From NCBI GenBank assembly GCA_964016885.1, contig OZ024752.1:11780001-11844000 (forward strand): DNA of 64,000 nucleotides, read 5' to 3'. The notes below the pieces were generated by a model, which ran no database searches, had not been told where the DNA came from, and was given only the letters and a program-made list of their open reading frames with translations. Numbering within the stretch: the stretch's first letter is position 1; each line of letters opens with the position of its first letter. Made by a program: the position numbers and the translations under genes. The DNA is from Eledone cirrhosa. Lineage: Eukaryota. This document shows, piece after piece, positions 1-14,144 of this stretch.

Positions 1-245
1 TGATTGAGCTTTCAACAATCACGCGTACTTTTAAAGTAGTTCACAGGGAGATTCAGCATGACACAGAATGTGACAAAGCTAGCCCTGCGAATTACAAGGT
101 GCAACTCATTTGTTTGCCGGCTGAATGGACAGGAGTGACGTAAAATAAAGTGTCTTGCTGAAGGTCACAGCGCGCCCACGGGAATATGAACTCACGATCT
201 TACGATTGGGAGCCGAATACCCTAACCACACAGCCACACACCTTC
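1..245 (-). mobile_element. tRNA-derived SINE with CORE-like segment (runs off the window start)
   Basis: Reverse strand reads GTGTGGCTGTGTGGTTAGG (A-box-like), GAGTTCATATTCC (B-box-like), then CCTTCAGCAAGACACTTT, shared with the SINEs at 13008 and 40905. Confidence 0.7.
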
Positions 246-345
246 AGAGTGACTAATTAACAGGTGTGTCAATTTACGGTTGCAAACGTCGTTTCTTCAC
301 TAAAACGAGTAGCTTAATGTAATAATCAACTAGCGCCTCTTTTCT

Positions 346-471
346 ACCACCACCACCAACAATAACAACAACAACACCATCAACACTATCGCCACAAACC
401 CCCCCCCCCCCCCACCACCACCACCACACCATCGCAACCACCACCACTACTACCACTACTACTACTACTAC
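346..471. repeat. Compound (ACC)/(AAC)/(ACT) microsatellite
   Basis: Directly visible. Confidence 0.9.
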
Positions 472-783
472 TTACACAACCAACGCGTATCATCAAAGCT
501 CTCCATAAAACATTATTAACACCTTTACTACTGTCAAACGGAACAGAACAACAATATTGATAAATGAGATTTGAACGTGTAGCGACTGTTTGTTACTGTG
601 TTAGAATCAAGTTTAAAACAAATCTTATATAAAAGTTATATCGGGGTTCTGTTGCTGTTGTTGATGTTATTGTCGCTGCTGGTTTCTTTTTCAACAAAGC
701 AATCGGAATTCGAATCATTGTAATAAGCCTCACTCCCTGTTGGTCTGCTGTTCCAGACACGTAGTCGTTATTATAGCAGCTAA

Positions 784-975
784 GGGCAGTGGATTGGCAG
801 TATCGGTAGAGAGTCGGATGCCATGCTTTCCAGCATAGTTACGTCCCTTTACGATCCGAGTTCAAATCCCGCCGAGGTTGACTTTGCCTTTCATCCTTAC
901 GGGGTCGATAAAATAAAGTACCAGTAATGCACTGAGTAATTGCTGGCCTTGTGCCTAAAGTAGAAACAGTTATTA
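784..975 (+). mobile_element. Major ~190-bp tRNA-derived SINE (family 1), full length
   Basis: GGATTGGCAGTATCGGTAGAG head, GAGTTCAAATCCC B-box, CCTTTCATCCTTACGGGGTCGATAAAATAAAGTACCAG body, GTAGAAACAGTTATTA tail; about 20 related copies in the window. Confidence 0.9.
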
Positions 976-1601
976 TAGCAGCTATCAATATTTGCTCCAC
1001 CAACATTACCATGTTAATATTCATCATAAATCGTTGTATGAGGTTTCAACAGTTGGTTAGATATTTGCTCAATTAAATTTGCCAATTAAATCGATACAAT
1101 TACTGGAGTGAAGTCTTTTTTTTTTAATCAGCACATCAACAATATATGTCAGATTCGACCTCGATAGAATTTGAACTGGGAAAAAGGAACGGAAATAAAT
1201 ACTGCAGAGTATTATGCCTGCTGTGAACCTTAATATTAATTTTTTACATAGGTAAAAGACTATTTTATTGAATTCCTCCAAATATATTTGGCTATATCAA
1301 ACCTGCCAACCTCTAAAACCCCAAATGAGGAGTACCATGAAAAAATGCTCGTAAATGGGGAGAAATGGGGCAAAATGGGGAGATTTTACAAAATGAAAGC
1401 TATACCCATTTTCACAAGGGAAGACATCTCTCACCAGCCCCAAGGTGGGTGGGAGTTTTCTCCGTTGGACGCGGAATGTTGACAGGTCTGTTATATTGAA
1501 AATTAGTCGAAAGACCATAGACAATGTATATCATATTCGAAAGAGAACAGTTAAAACATAAAGAAAACAAAAGGAGGGAATTCTTTGAATTAGTTTTAGA
1601 A

Positions 1602-4600
1602 TTTTCTACATTATCTAGAAACACTAATATAGGTTTACTGTACAAGAAACAGCTTTTCTACATTATCTAGAAACACTAATATAGGTTTACTGTACAACAA
1701 ACAGCTTTTCTACATTATCTAGAAACACTAATGTAGGTTTACTGTACAAGAAACAGCTTTTCTACATTATCTAGAAACACTAATATAGGTTTACTGTACA
1801 ACAAACAGCTTTTCTACATTATCTAGAAACACTAATATAGGTTTACTGTACAACAAACAGCTTTTCTACATTATCTAGAAACACTAATATAGGTTTACTG
1901 TACAAGAAACAGCTTTTCTACATTATCTAGAAACTCTAATGTAGGTTTACTGTACAACAAACAGCTTTTCTACATTATCTGGAAACACTAATATAGGTTT
2001 ACTGTACAACAAACAGCTTTTCTACATTATCTAGAAACACTAATGTAGGTTTACTGTACAACAAACAGCTTTTCTACATTATCTAGAAACACTAATATAG
2101 GTTTACTGTACAACAAACAGCTTTTCTACATTATCTAGAAACACTAATATAGGTTTACTGTACAACAAACAGCTTTTCTACATTATCTAGAAACACTAAT
2201 ATAGGTTTACTGTACAGCAAACAGCTCTTCTACATTATCTAGAAACTCTAATGTAGGTTTACTGTACAACAAACAGCTTTTCTACATTATCTAATAACAC
2301 TAATGTAGGTTTACTGTACAACAAACAGCTCTTCTACATTATCTAGAAACTCTAATGTAGTTTTACTGTACAACAAACAGCTTTTCTACATTATCTAGAA
2401 ACACTAATGTAGGTTTACTGTACAACAAACCGCTCTTCTACATTATCTAGAAACACTAATATAGGTTTACTGTACAACAAGCAGCTTTTCTACATTATCT
2501 AGAAACACTAATGTAGGTTTACTGTACAACAAACAGCTCTTCTACATTATCTAGAAACACTAATATAGGTTTACTGTACAAGAAACAGCTCTTCTACATT
2601 ATCTAGAAACACTAATATAGGTTTACTGTACAACAAACAGCTCTTCTACATTATCTAGAAACACTAATATAGGTTTACTGTACAACACACAGCTCTTCTA
2701 CATTATCTAGAAACTCTAATGTAGGTTTACTGTACAACAAACAGCTTTTCTACATTATCTAGAAACACTAATGTAGGTTTACTGTACAACAAACAGCTTT
2801 TCTACATTATCTAGAAACACTAATGTAGGTTTACTGTACAACAAACAGCTCTTCTACATTATCTAGAAACACTAATATAGGTTTACTGTACAGCAAACAG
2901 CTTTTCTACATTATCTAGAAACACTAATATAGGTTTACTGTACAACAAACAGCTCTTCTACATTATCTAGAAACTCTAATGTAGGTTTACTGTACAACAA
3001 ACAGCTCTTCTACATTATCTAGAAACACTAATATAGGTTTACTGTACAACAAACAGCTTTTCTACATTATCTAGAAACACTAATGTAGGTTTACTGTACA
3101 ACAAACAGCTCTTCTACATTATCTAGAAACACTAATATAGGTTTACTGTACAGCAAACAGCTTTTCTACATTATCTAGAAACACTAATATAGGTTTACTG
3201 TACAACAAACAGCTCTTCTACATTATCTAGAAACTCTAATGTAGGTTTACTGTACAACAAACAGCTCTTCTACATTATCTAGAAACACTAATATAGGTTT
3301 ACTGTACAACAAACAGCTTTTCTACATTATCTAGAAACACTAATATAGGTTTACTGTACAACAAACAGCTCTTCTACATTATCTAGAAACTCTAATGTAG
3401 GTTTACTGTACAACAAACAGCTCTTCTACATTATCTAGAAACTCTAATGTAGGTTTACTGTACAACAAACAGCTCTTCTACATTATCTAGAAACACTAAT
3501 ATAGGTTTACTGTACAACAAACAGCTCTTCTACATTATCTAGAAACACTAATTTATGTTTACTGTACAACAAACAGCTCCTCTACATTATCTAGAAACTC
3601 TAATGTAGGTTTACTGTACAACAAACAGCTTTTCTACATTATCTAGAAACACTAATATAGGTTTACTGTACAACAAACAGCTCTTCTACATTATCTAGAA
3701 ACACTAATATAGGTTTACTGTACAACAAACAGCTCTTCTACATTATCTAGAAACTCTAATGTAGGTTTACTGTACAAGAAACAGCTCTTCTACATTATCT
3801 AGAAACTCTAATGTAGGTTTACTGTACAACAAACAGCTCTTCTACATTATCTAGAAACTCTAATGTAGGTTTACTGTACAACAAACAGCTCTTCTACATT
3901 ATCTAGAAACACTAATATAGGTTTACTGTACAACAAAGAGCTTTTCTACATTATCTAGAAACACTAATGTAGGTTTACTGTACAACAAACATCTCTTCTA
4001 CATTATCTAGAAACACTAATATAGGTTTACTGTACAGCAAACAGCTTTTCTACATTATCTAGAAACACTAATATAGGTTTACTGTACAACAAACAGCTCT
4101 TCTACATTATCTAGAAACTCTAATGTAGGTTTACTGTACAACAAACAGCTCTTCTACATTATCTAGAAACACTAATATAGGTTTACTGTACAACAAACAG
4201 CTTTTCTACATTATCTAAAAACACTAATATAGGTTTACTGTACAACAAACAGCTCTTCTACATTATCTAGAAACTCTAATGTAGGTTTACTGTACAACAA
4301 ACAGCTCTTCTACATTATCTAGAAACTCTAATGTAGGTTTACTGTACAACAAACAGCTCTTCTACATTATCTAGAAACACTAATATAGGTTTACTGTACA
4401 ACAAACGGCTCTTCTACATTATCTAGAAACACTAATGTAGGTTTACTGTACAACAAACAGCTCTTCTACATTATCGAGAAACTCTAATGTAGGTTTACTG
4501 TACAACAAACAGCTTTTCTACATTATCTAGAAACTCTAATGTAGGTTTCCTGTACAACAAACAGCTTTTCTACATTATCTAGAAACACTAATGTAGGTTT

Positions 4601-7600
4601 ACTGTACAACAAACAGCTCTTCTACATTATCTAGAAACACTAATTTATGTTTACTGTACAACAAACAGCTCCTCTACATTATCTAGAAACTCTAATGTAG
4701 GTTTACTGTACAACAAACAGCTTTTCTACATTATCTAGAAACACTAATATAGGTTTACTGTACAACAAACAGCTCTTCTACATTATCTAGAAACACTAAT
4801 ATAGGTTTACTGTACAACAAACAGCTCTTCTACATCATCTAGAAACTCTAATGTAGGTTTACTGTACAAGAAACAGCTCTTCTACATTATCTAGAAACTC
4901 TAATGTAGGTTTACTGTACAACAAACAGCTCTTCTACATTATCTAGAAACTCTAATGTAGGTTTACTGTACAACAAACAGCTCTTCTACATTATCTAGAA
5001 ACACTAATATAGGTTTACTGTACAACAAAGAGCTTTTCTACATTATCTAGAAACACTAATGTAGGTTTACTGTACAACAAACATCTCTTCTACATTATCT
5101 AGAAACACTAATATAGGTTTACTGTACAGCAAACAGCTTTTCTACATTATCTAGAAACACTAATATAGGTTTACTGTACAACAAACAGCTCTTCTACATT
5201 ATCTAGAAACTCTAATGTAGGTTTACTGTACAACAAACAGCTCTTCTACATTATCTAGAAACACTAATATAGGTTTACTGTACAACAAACAGCTTTTCTA
5301 CATTATCTAAAAACACTAATATAGGTTTACTGTACAACAAACAGCTCTTCTACATTATCTAGAAACTCTAATGTAGGTTTACTGTACAACAAACAGCTCT
5401 TCTACATTATCTAGAAACTCTAATGTAGGTTTACTGTACAACAAACAGCTCTTCTACATTATCTAGAAACACTAATATAGGTTTACTGTACAACAAACGG
5501 CTCTTCTACATTATCTAGAAACACTAATGTAGGTTTACTGTACAACAAACAGCTCTTCTACATTATCTAGAAACTCTAATGTAGGTTTACTGTACAACAA
5601 ACAGCTTTTCTACATTATCTAGAAACTCTAATGTAGGTTTCCTGTACAACAAACAGCTTTTCTACATTATCTAGAAACACTAATGTAGGTTTACTGTACA
5701 ACAAACCGCTCTTCTACATTATCTAGAAACACTAATATAGGTTTACTGTACAACAAGCAGCTTTTCTACATTATCTAGAAACACTAATGTAGGTTTACTG
5801 TACAACAAACAGCTTTTCTACATTATCTAGAAACACTAATATAGGTTTACTGTACAACAAACAGCTTTTCTACATTATCTAGAAACACTAATATAGGTTT
5901 ACTGTACAACAAACAGCTCTTCTACATTATCTAGAAACTCTAATGTAGGTTTACTGTACAAGAAACAGCTCTTCTACATTATCTAGAAACTCTAATGTAG
6001 GTTTACTGTACAACAAACAGCTCTTCTACATTATCTAGAAACTCTAATGTAGGTTTACTGTACAACAAACAGCTCTTCTACATTATCTAGAAACACTAAT
6101 ATAGGTTTACTGTACAACAAAGAGCTTTTCTACATTATCTAGAAACACTAATGTAGGTTTACTGTACAACAAACATCTCTTCTACATTATCTAGAAACAC
6201 TAATATAGGTTTACTGTACAGCAAACAGCTTTTCTACATTATCTAGAAACACTAATATAGGTTTACTGTACAACAAACAGCTCTTCTACATTATCTAGAA
6301 ACTCTAATGTAGGTTTACTGTACAACAAACAGCTCTTCTACATTATCTAGAAACACTAATATAGGTTTACTGTACAACAAACAGCTTTTCTACATTATCT
6401 AAAAACACTAATATAGGTTTACTGTACAACAAACAGCTCTTCTACATTATCTAGAAACTCTAATGTAGGTTTACTGTACAACAAACAGCTCTTCTACATT
6501 ATCTAGAAACTCTAATGTAGGTTTACTGTACAACAAACAGCTCTTCTACATTATCTAGAAACACTAATATAGGTTTACTGTACAACAAACGGCTCTTCTA
6601 CATTATCTAGAAACACTAATGTAGGTTTACTGTACAACAAACAGCTCTTCTACATTATCTAGAAACTCTAATGTAGGTTTACTGTACAACAAACAGCTTT
6701 TCTACATTATCTAGAAACTCTAATGTAGGTTTCCTGTACATCAAACAGCTTTTCTACATTATCTAGAAACACTAATGTAGGTTTACTGTACAACAAACCG
6801 CTCTTCTACATTATCTAGAAACACTAATATAGGTTTACTGTACAACAAGCAGCTTTTCTACATTATCTAGAAACACTAATGTAGGTTTACTGTACAACAA
6901 ACAGCTTTTCTACATTATCTAGAAACACTAATATAGGTTTACTGTACAACAAACAGCTTTTCTACATTATCTAGAAACACTAATATAGGTTTACTGTACA
7001 ACAAACAGCTCTTCTACGTTATCTAGAAACTCTAATGTAGGTTTACTGTACAACAAACAGCTCTTCTACATTATCTAGAAACACTAATATAGGTTTACTG
7101 TACAACAAACAGCTCTTCTACATTATCTAGAAACACTAATATAGGTTTACTGTACAACAAACAGCTCTTCTACATTATCTAGAAACTCTAATGTAGGTTT
7201 ACTGTACAACAAACAGCTCTTCTACATTATCTAGAAACTCTAATGTAGGTTTACTGTACAACAAACAGCTCTTCTACATTATCTAGAAACACTAATATAG
7301 GTTTACTGTACAACAAACAGCTCTTCTACATTATCTAGAAACTCTAATGTAGGTTTACTGTACAACAAACAGCTCTTCTACATTATCTAGAAACACTAAT
7401 ATAGGTTTACTGTACAACAAACAGCTCTTCTACATTATCTAGAAACTCTAATGTAGGTTTACTGTACAACAAACAGCTCTTCTACATTATCTAGAAACAC
7501 TAATATAGGTTTACTGTACAACAAACAGCTCTTCTACATTATCTAGAAACACTAATATAGGTTTACTGTACAACAAACAGCTCTTCTACATTATCTAGAA

Positions 7601-8104
7601 ACACTAATATAGGTTTACTGTACAACAAACAGCTCTTCTACATTATCTAGAAACACTAATATAGGTTTACTGTACAACAAACAGCTCTTCTACATTATCT
7701 AGAAACTCTAATGTAGGTTTACTGTACAACAAACAGCTCTTCTACATTATCTAGAAACACTAATATAGGTTTACTGTACAACAAACAGCTCTTCTACATT
7801 ATCTAGAAACACTAATATAGGTTTACTGTACAACAAACAGCTCTTCTACATTATCTAGAAACACTAATATAGGTTTACTGTACAACAAACAGCTCTTCTA
7901 CATTATCTAGAAACACTAATATAGGTTTACTGTACAACAAACAGCTTTTCTACATTATCTAGAAACACTAATATAGGTTTACTGTACAACAAACAGCTCT
8001 TCTACATTATCTAGAAACTCTAATGTAGGTTTACTGTACAACAAACAGCTCTTCTACATTATCTAGAAACACTAATATAGGTTTACTGTACAAGTAACAG
8101 TTTT
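1602..8104. repeat. 52-bp satellite, ~125 copies, with a 21-mer (1092-bp) higher-order repeat
   Basis: Unit TTTTCTACATTATCTAGAAACACTAATATAGGTTTACTGTACAACAAACAGC; variant CAACAAAGAG recurs at 3931, 5023 and 6115. Confidence 0.97.
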
Positions 8105-8135
8105 TGAACTCATTCTCTCTTATATACACATATAT

Positions 8136-8275
8136 ACACCTGGTCCGAACACAGAAGAACCAAACTCCCACTGTCACTGCCGCCGTCTCTCCCGCTCTCC
8201 CATCTCTCACTATAGTGAGTAAAAAGAGGCCCACGCGATGGCTGCCCCACGACCCCGGTGGACTGGCACCCCGCA
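8136..8275 (-). mobile_element. 3' end of CRE-like non-LTR-derived element
   Basis: Reverse complement GAGAGCGGGAGAGACGGCGGCAGTGACAGTGGGAGTTTGGTTCTTCTGTGTTCGGACC matches the tails at 31690-31740 and 61640-61710. Confidence 0.65.
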
Positions 8276-9025
8276 AGAATATAAATTCTAATGTTATTTA
8301 GGCGGATTAGAGAATGACCCACTTCTTGAGGCATATTTTCTGAAAGATGGAAAGCATACTTGCCCCCACTTGAGATTTATGTTTGGAACATAATGGGACC
8401 TAATTACGAACTGCAAGGAATCTTGTCTAAGTATATAATGTTTTTTTCTCAGTAGAGTACTCGATACTTAGGATAGAAACAGCTAAACTTTATTTGTTTA
8501 TGGAATATATCATGTAAATACAGTTTAATAGAAAAAGGGAAAAAAATTTAGATTGAGAAGAAAGAATGGAATGTAAAATAGGAAAATATAAAGAAAACTA
8601 GTACGGAAAAAGGATGGAATGGCAAGGACACTAGTGTCACTGAAGAGGGGGGAGACGGGGCTCTAGGCCTTGAGCTCTGGGGTTTGGCTTTGGCCTAGGA
8701 TGCGGCTGTATATAATTATCATATGGTTCACGAAATTAGTGTCTGAGAATCCAACACGTTTTTGTTTTATAAGACGTTCTCGCATGGATCTGAGCTTCCA
8801 TATTCATACACAAGGAGAAATGTTCCATTCCTGTAACTATGTTTTACACCTGATATATATTTAACTGATTCCAGTGTCTTCTTTCTGTATCTTGAAACAT
8901 GCGGTTTAAGTGAGAGTTGTCACAGAATGTTTCTTTCTGTCATGAGACAGTTATGGGAATTACTGTCATATGTCTGGCCATTTTTGAAGGATAATGGCAG
9001 CACCACAAAACATAAATGAAAAGTA

Positions 9026-9191
9026 TCGTATTTCCCAGCGTCGAAGACGCTACTTTTTTCCTAAAATAAGTCTCAAAAATCTACCATGCGTCCTGGAGGC
9101 CGAAGATTGTTTATTATTTTGTTTTATTTTGGGCTGTCAAAATTAGGTTGCATCCTCGAGGATGAAGCGTCTTCGGCGCCGGGAAATACGG
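9026..9191. mobile_element. Tc1/mariner-pogo type MITE
   Basis: TIRs TCGTATTTCCCAGCGTCGAAGACGC / GCGTCTTCGGCGCCGGGAAATACGG, TA on both sides. Confidence 0.85.
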
Positions 9192-9574
9192 TAACTTGCA
9201 GTGGGGAAAGTGATATATGCAAAATGGTAAGATGAAGGCAACGAAAACATTAGTTACCTGGTAATCTTTGTTGTTTTTTTATGTTTCTTGTGTCCTAAAG
9301 GAAAGAAACAACAAATTATATACAATGCTTCAAGCAATCTAGAAAAGTAACTTACTTTCAATCTTCAGCTGCTACTTTGGTCGTAAGACTTCACACTAGT
9401 GTGAAACAAAATGAAATCAATGCTTTATCTAATCCATGAATGGGGAAACTACTTAGTCCCAGGAGAGATTTACAAGTGCATAAGTACCAATAGTGAAAGA
9501 TCTCTGCCACAAAAGAATTATGAATGATTAACTTTACAAATTTATATTTATGCAACTAACTTATACTAAATTAA

Positions 9575-9688
9575 TTATTTCTACTTTTGGCACAAGGCCA
9601 GCAATTATCCCAGTTCATTACTGGTACTTTATTTTATCGACGCCATAAGGATGAAAGGCAAAGTGAACCTCGGCGGGATTTGAACTTA
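9575..9688 (-). mobile_element. 5'-truncated family 1 SINE
   Basis: SINE 3' half flanked by direct repeat AACTTATACTAAATTAAT. Confidence 0.8.
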
Positions 9689-9904
9689 TACTAAATTAAT
9701 GTTTATGCAACTTATACTAAATTACTGTTTTTGGTCTTAAGGCATAAATCGATTTTTTTTAAATTCTTTTCTTTTTCCTCGCCTAATTATGCTTGAAAGG
9801 GGCAGGGGGTTGAGTCGACAGGCACAGATTCCTGAGGTTCCTATCTAAAATAATCATCTTCAAATGATGCCTCTGGGTCCCCTCCCCCAAGCAAAACCAA
9901 CCGA

Positions 9905-10250
9905 GGTTATCAATATTCAACCCCTTTGCTCGTCGTCTGCCTCTGTGTCTGCCTCTTGCTGGTTACTTTTGCCCATAAAATCTGTCCAACGATTCTGCCC
10001 TTAGCGATTCTAACCCCATGTCCGTAGTACTGGTGTTGTGATCTCTCAATACCGAGATGTAGTGGCTCTACCTGGAGTGACTCCGTGTTTTTCAAGCACC
10101 TTATCGTGTAACACTATTCTGGGGACCTTTGGAGGAACCACATTTCGGCTGCTTGTATTCGCGATCGTAAACTTTCGGTCCCTATCCAAAGCATTGTTAT
10201 TGTTTGTTCTTATGTCTTCGTCAGCGAGTTGTTTCAGATTTGAATGCTTG
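9905..10250 (-). mobile_element. Decayed RTE-clade LINE, C-terminal fragment
   Basis: Frames give RSRIQAAEMWFL and VEPLHLGIERSQHQYYGHGVRIAKGRIVGQIL, typical of the RTE post-RT region. Confidence 0.75.
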
Positions 10251-10263
10251 TGAACGTCCTCAG

Positions 10264-10561
10264 TAAGGCGACGAATTGGCAGAGTGGTTAGAACGTCGGA
10301 TAGAATGCTTTACTGTATTCGTTCCGGCTCTCTGCTTTCTCAGTTCAAATCCCACCGAGCCAGCTTTGCCTTTCATCCTTTCGGTGTCGATAAAAATAAA
10401 TACCAGTCAAGTACATTTCCTCTCTCTCTCTCTCACTCCCTCACTCTCTCTCTCACACTTTCCATCTTCCTCTGGAAGTCTGCTTTCGATGTCGATAAAA
10501 ATAAATACCAGTCAAGTACATTTCCTCTCTCTCTGTCTCACTCACTCACTCACTCTCTCAA

Positions 10562-10609
<48 letters not shown>

Positions 10610-10643
10610 ACTCACTCACTCACTCACTCAACCACTCACTCTC

Positions 10644-10679
<36 letters not shown>

Positions 10680-10790
10680 CCTCTTGAAGAAGTCTGCTGT
10701 AATCAGGCCTGGAAAGGGGTGGGCTCCGCCAGGCTTTAAATGCACTATAAACACTGTATGTCAGTACGGTGCTCTTACGACTCTCTGGGG
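10264..10790 (+). mobile_element. tRNA-derived SINE family 2 with internal (CT)/(CACT)/(CTAT) expansion and short internal duplication
   Basis: GGCGACGAATTGGCAGAGTGGTTAGAACGTCGG head, B-box, 3' part GAAGTCTGCTGT..GGGCTCC shared with 15597-16130. Confidence 0.8.
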
Positions 10791-11619
10791 AGTTGCGAGA
10801 AAGAATGAAGGAACTTCCTCACCTCTGATCTAACCCATTAGAAGAAATCTAGAGAATATTTATATTTATTCTATGATGAGCACTTGATACTCAAACATAA
10901 GCTCCTGTTGAGTCAGACTGTGGTGTAACTACCTAGTTAAAGATATGTCACTTGACATTAGTAAAACACCTGCACTGAAGTAAAACTATTAATGTCACAC
11001 TCTCTCTTGCCTTTCTCAGACGGTGCCTAACGTAACTACCAGTCGTTAATGTTACGTATTTAGAACAAGTGAATCCAGAAACCTAATTTCCAGTTTTGTA
11101 ACAGTAATTATAAAAAGTTTTACTGCAATAATGGGTTAATTCATGGTTAATGCCTTCAAATTTTGTAAGGCGAGACGTTTGCAGTAATTAACTAGAGAAT
11201 TAGGTTTAGGATTGTTTTGTTGTTGTTTTTTTTTTTGGGGGGGGGGGGTTCTAGTTGAAATAAGTTGTGTTTATATACTTTTGTGAAGTTGCTTCTAGTT
11301 TCAACCGTGGTAATTATTCAGTTAATTATTAGTAGTGTATAAACTGCATCCCGCTGTAATAGCTGTAATTTCTCGTTCAATCATGTGGAGGATGTGGTCA
11401 TCAACATACAATGAATTATTTTATTTATGAAAAAAAAAAAAAAAACCCTGATTTTGTTTCGATTCATTCGTGTTATTGTTTTGTTGGGGTTGTTTTTATA
11501 TTTATTTCTGCGTTATTTTCTCGTTTTGGTAATATGAAGTGTACTTCTAAGATCAAATATGCTATATCGCATTAGAATTTCATTCATTTTCACATACTGA
11601 TCTTTACATCCGTTAATTA

Positions 11620-11918
11620 CAGTTGTCCCTCGGTATTCGCGGGGGTTACGTTCATAGAACACCACTGCAAAGAGTGAAAAACCGTGAATATTGGACGTGG
11701 TCCATAAAAATGCCTATAAACGTCAAAACATAAGGTAAAATATAGGCCGGCAAATACTGTATATTGTTATTAATAATTTCCTTAAAAAGCGCGAAAATAT
11801 ATTTTTTGCCACGTAAAAAGCCATGAAAAATTTACGATTGCGCGAATATGCAGTGGTTTCCACGAATAACATTTAGTTAGGTTCAAAGGAAAATTCCGCG
11901 AATACCGGGGATACACTG
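11620..11918. mobile_element. Tigger/pogo-like MITE
   Basis: CAGTTGTCCCTCGGTATTCGCGG ... CCGCGAATACCGGGGATACACTG with TA on both sides. Confidence 0.85.
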
Positions 11919-12059
11919 TATATGTTAGCTAATCTACAACTAGGTGATTCGAAATATAATTGAACCACTGGGCTTTTTATTATAATATTAATTGAAGAAA
12001 TATATTGACACCTACAGCGTATGTTATATAACATGTTTAATTTCTCTCTCAGCTACATT

Positions 12060-12448
12060 ATTGGCAGTATCAGTAGAGCGTCGGACAACTTGCTTTACGG
12101 CTTAGAGTTACGGCCCTTTACGTTATGAGTTCAAATCCCGCCGAGGCTTGCTTTGCCTTTCATCCTTATAGGGTCGATAAAATAAAGCACCAGTAATGCA
12201 CGGGTGTCGAATTTATCGACTATCCCCTTCCCTTTAAATTTCTGGCTTTGTGCCAGATGTAGAAACCAGTATCGGTAGAGCGTCAGGCACCATGTTTTGC
12301 AGCATAGAGTTACGGCCCTTTACGTTCTGAATTCAAATCCCGCCGAGGCCCGCCTTACCTTTCATCCTTATTGGGTCGATAAAATAAAGTACCTGTAATG
12401 CACTGGGGTAATTGCTGGCCTTTTGCCAAAAAGTAGAAACAATTATTA
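12060..12448 (+). mobile_element. Two tandem family 1 SINEs
   Basis: Two successive head/B-box/tail units. Confidence 0.85.
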
Positions 12449-12549
12449 CTTGTTGTTTTCAGTAGCAATACTACCAACATAAGAGAATTAAGTCCCATGG
12501 TGGGAATCGGTCTTTATTTCTAGTTTGTGTTTGAAAACTGTCCATAAAA

Positions 12550-12965
12550 TGTCTAATAAATTTGCTTTACTTTAAGCCTCGACGTCTGTTGGTGTTGCAG
12601 GGATCTCTTGGACACGTTCAGCCTTTCTGAGATATCCTTTATAGGTCTGACCACAGCGATTTTCTTCCAGAGAGTAGTAGTAGTAGTAGTTGTTGTTGTT
12701 GTAGTAGCAGTAGTAGTTGTTGTTGTTGTAGTAGTATTTTCAGTCAATGTAAAGTAAGTAGGTAGGATCCCGTAATTGGCATACGACGTTTATTGGGCAT
12801 TTTAAAACTTGACATAGCCCATCTCCTCTCCAGGTTTGAATGTTTGAATAGATCAAAGTTTACCTCGATGGGATTTGAACTCAGATAGCAGAGAGACGGA
12901 ACGCATAATCCAAAGCAGTGTATCCAACGTTCTAACGACTCTGTCAAGTCGTCGCTTTCGGCCAA
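12550..12965 (-). mobile_element. Diverged family 2 SINE with trinucleotide microsatellite
   Basis: GAGTCGTTAGAACGTTGGAT head and GAGTTCAAATCCC on the minus strand. Confidence 0.6.
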
Positions 12966-13007
12966 TGTAAGAACCTACTGTAATTCAATATCTTTAACCT
13001 AGTAGGT

Positions 13008-13500
13008 GAAGGCATGTGGCTGATTGGTTAGAGAACTGGATTCGCAATCTTGAGGTTGTCAGTTCGATTCCTGGACCGGGTGATGCGCTATGTCCTTGAG
13101 CAAGACACTTTATTTCACGTTGTTCCTTCTACCTAGAGTTGCGACCGATATATAATTGTTTCTACTTTTTGGTACAAGGCCAGCAATTACCCAGTACATT
13201 ATTGGTACTTTATTTTATCGACATCGTAAGGATGAAAGGCAAAGATAACCTTGGCGGGATTTGAACTCAGATCGAAAAGGGACGTAACTATGCTGGAAAG
13301 CTTGTCCCACCCTCTACCAATTCTGCCAATCCACCGCCACCGATATATAATATTATCAATTAGAAAGAGCAACGGGAACATTGTTTCCTCGGTCTGATTT
13401 GACGAAAGTCGATCGACAATTTGTTTTTAAGCTGGTAGAGGTTTGAAGGAAATTTGGCTACTTTTTCTAGCATGCTGAGCGATCGCTGACTGCTTCTCTC
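13008..13500 (+). mobile_element. tRNA-derived SINE family 3 interrupted by a nested SINE
   Basis: Collinear with the uninterrupted copy at 40905-41122 once 13157-13351 is removed. Confidence 0.8.
13157..13338 (-). mobile_element. Family 1 SINE nested in family 3 SINE, 13-bp TSD
   Basis: ACCGATATATAAT at 13144-13156 and 13339-13351. Confidence 0.9.
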
Positions 13501-14144
13501 ATTGACTCGTCTAGTAGAAGTATTAGTAATTTCGTCGATTCGATTCAATTAACTAAAGAGTTAACTGCACACTGGCAAATGTGTGACTTCATGCCAAAAT
13601 AAGAAATTAATATATTTGTTTGTCGTCCTCTCTCTTTTAGTTTCTTATTTTTTATTCTTTGTTCGTTGTTATTTTTATTTGTTTAATGTGTGAGGGAATC
13701 GTGTGATCAAATTCCGTCCGTTCTGAAAAATATTAAGAGACAACAAACGTGACTTTATTTTCCTGTTTGTGTTTTAAAACAAAATTTCTACAGGAAGTTA
13801 TGAAGAGTTGTTTTCGTTTTCCAAGTGAAATTATATTGTCGCTAATCCGATGAATGACAAGAGAAAAAAAAAACGACCGCGTGAATATTTGTATTTGGCA
13901 CATGAGTTATAGAAGGAAAAAGAGATAATGTGATAGTTGAAAGACAGATTACTAAAGCTAGTTACTTTTCGTAGTTAGAATAGTCAACGAAAAGAGTAAA
14001 TATAGCGACAATACAAGTTGAATCAACACCAGCATTAGTTGAACCAATAAACAGTTTTTACAAGTTTTAATATAACTGCTAGAAGATAGCTGCCAAATCT
14101 AATACAAAGGGAAGAATCTGTTGCATTATGCAGTCCTAGAGAAA

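Noticed and set aside
1298-1400. CAAACCTGCCAACC as a possible transposon TIR left of the 52-bp array
   Set aside because: No matching right TIR found
1602-8104. CRISPR-like appearance of the regular arrays (also 50-56 kb and 60-61 kb)
   Set aside because: Head-to-tail repeats with no unique spacers, no cas genes, eukaryotic context
8638-8700. CTGAAGA/CTGATGA/CTGAGGA hits at 8640, 19834, 20230, 32674 and 34147(-)
   Set aside because: No correctly placed GAAA plus stems, so not counted as hammerheads
13008-13085. tRNA gene candidates (also 41045-41122 and other SINE heads)
   Set aside because: A/B boxes continue into SINE bodies; acceptor stems do not close
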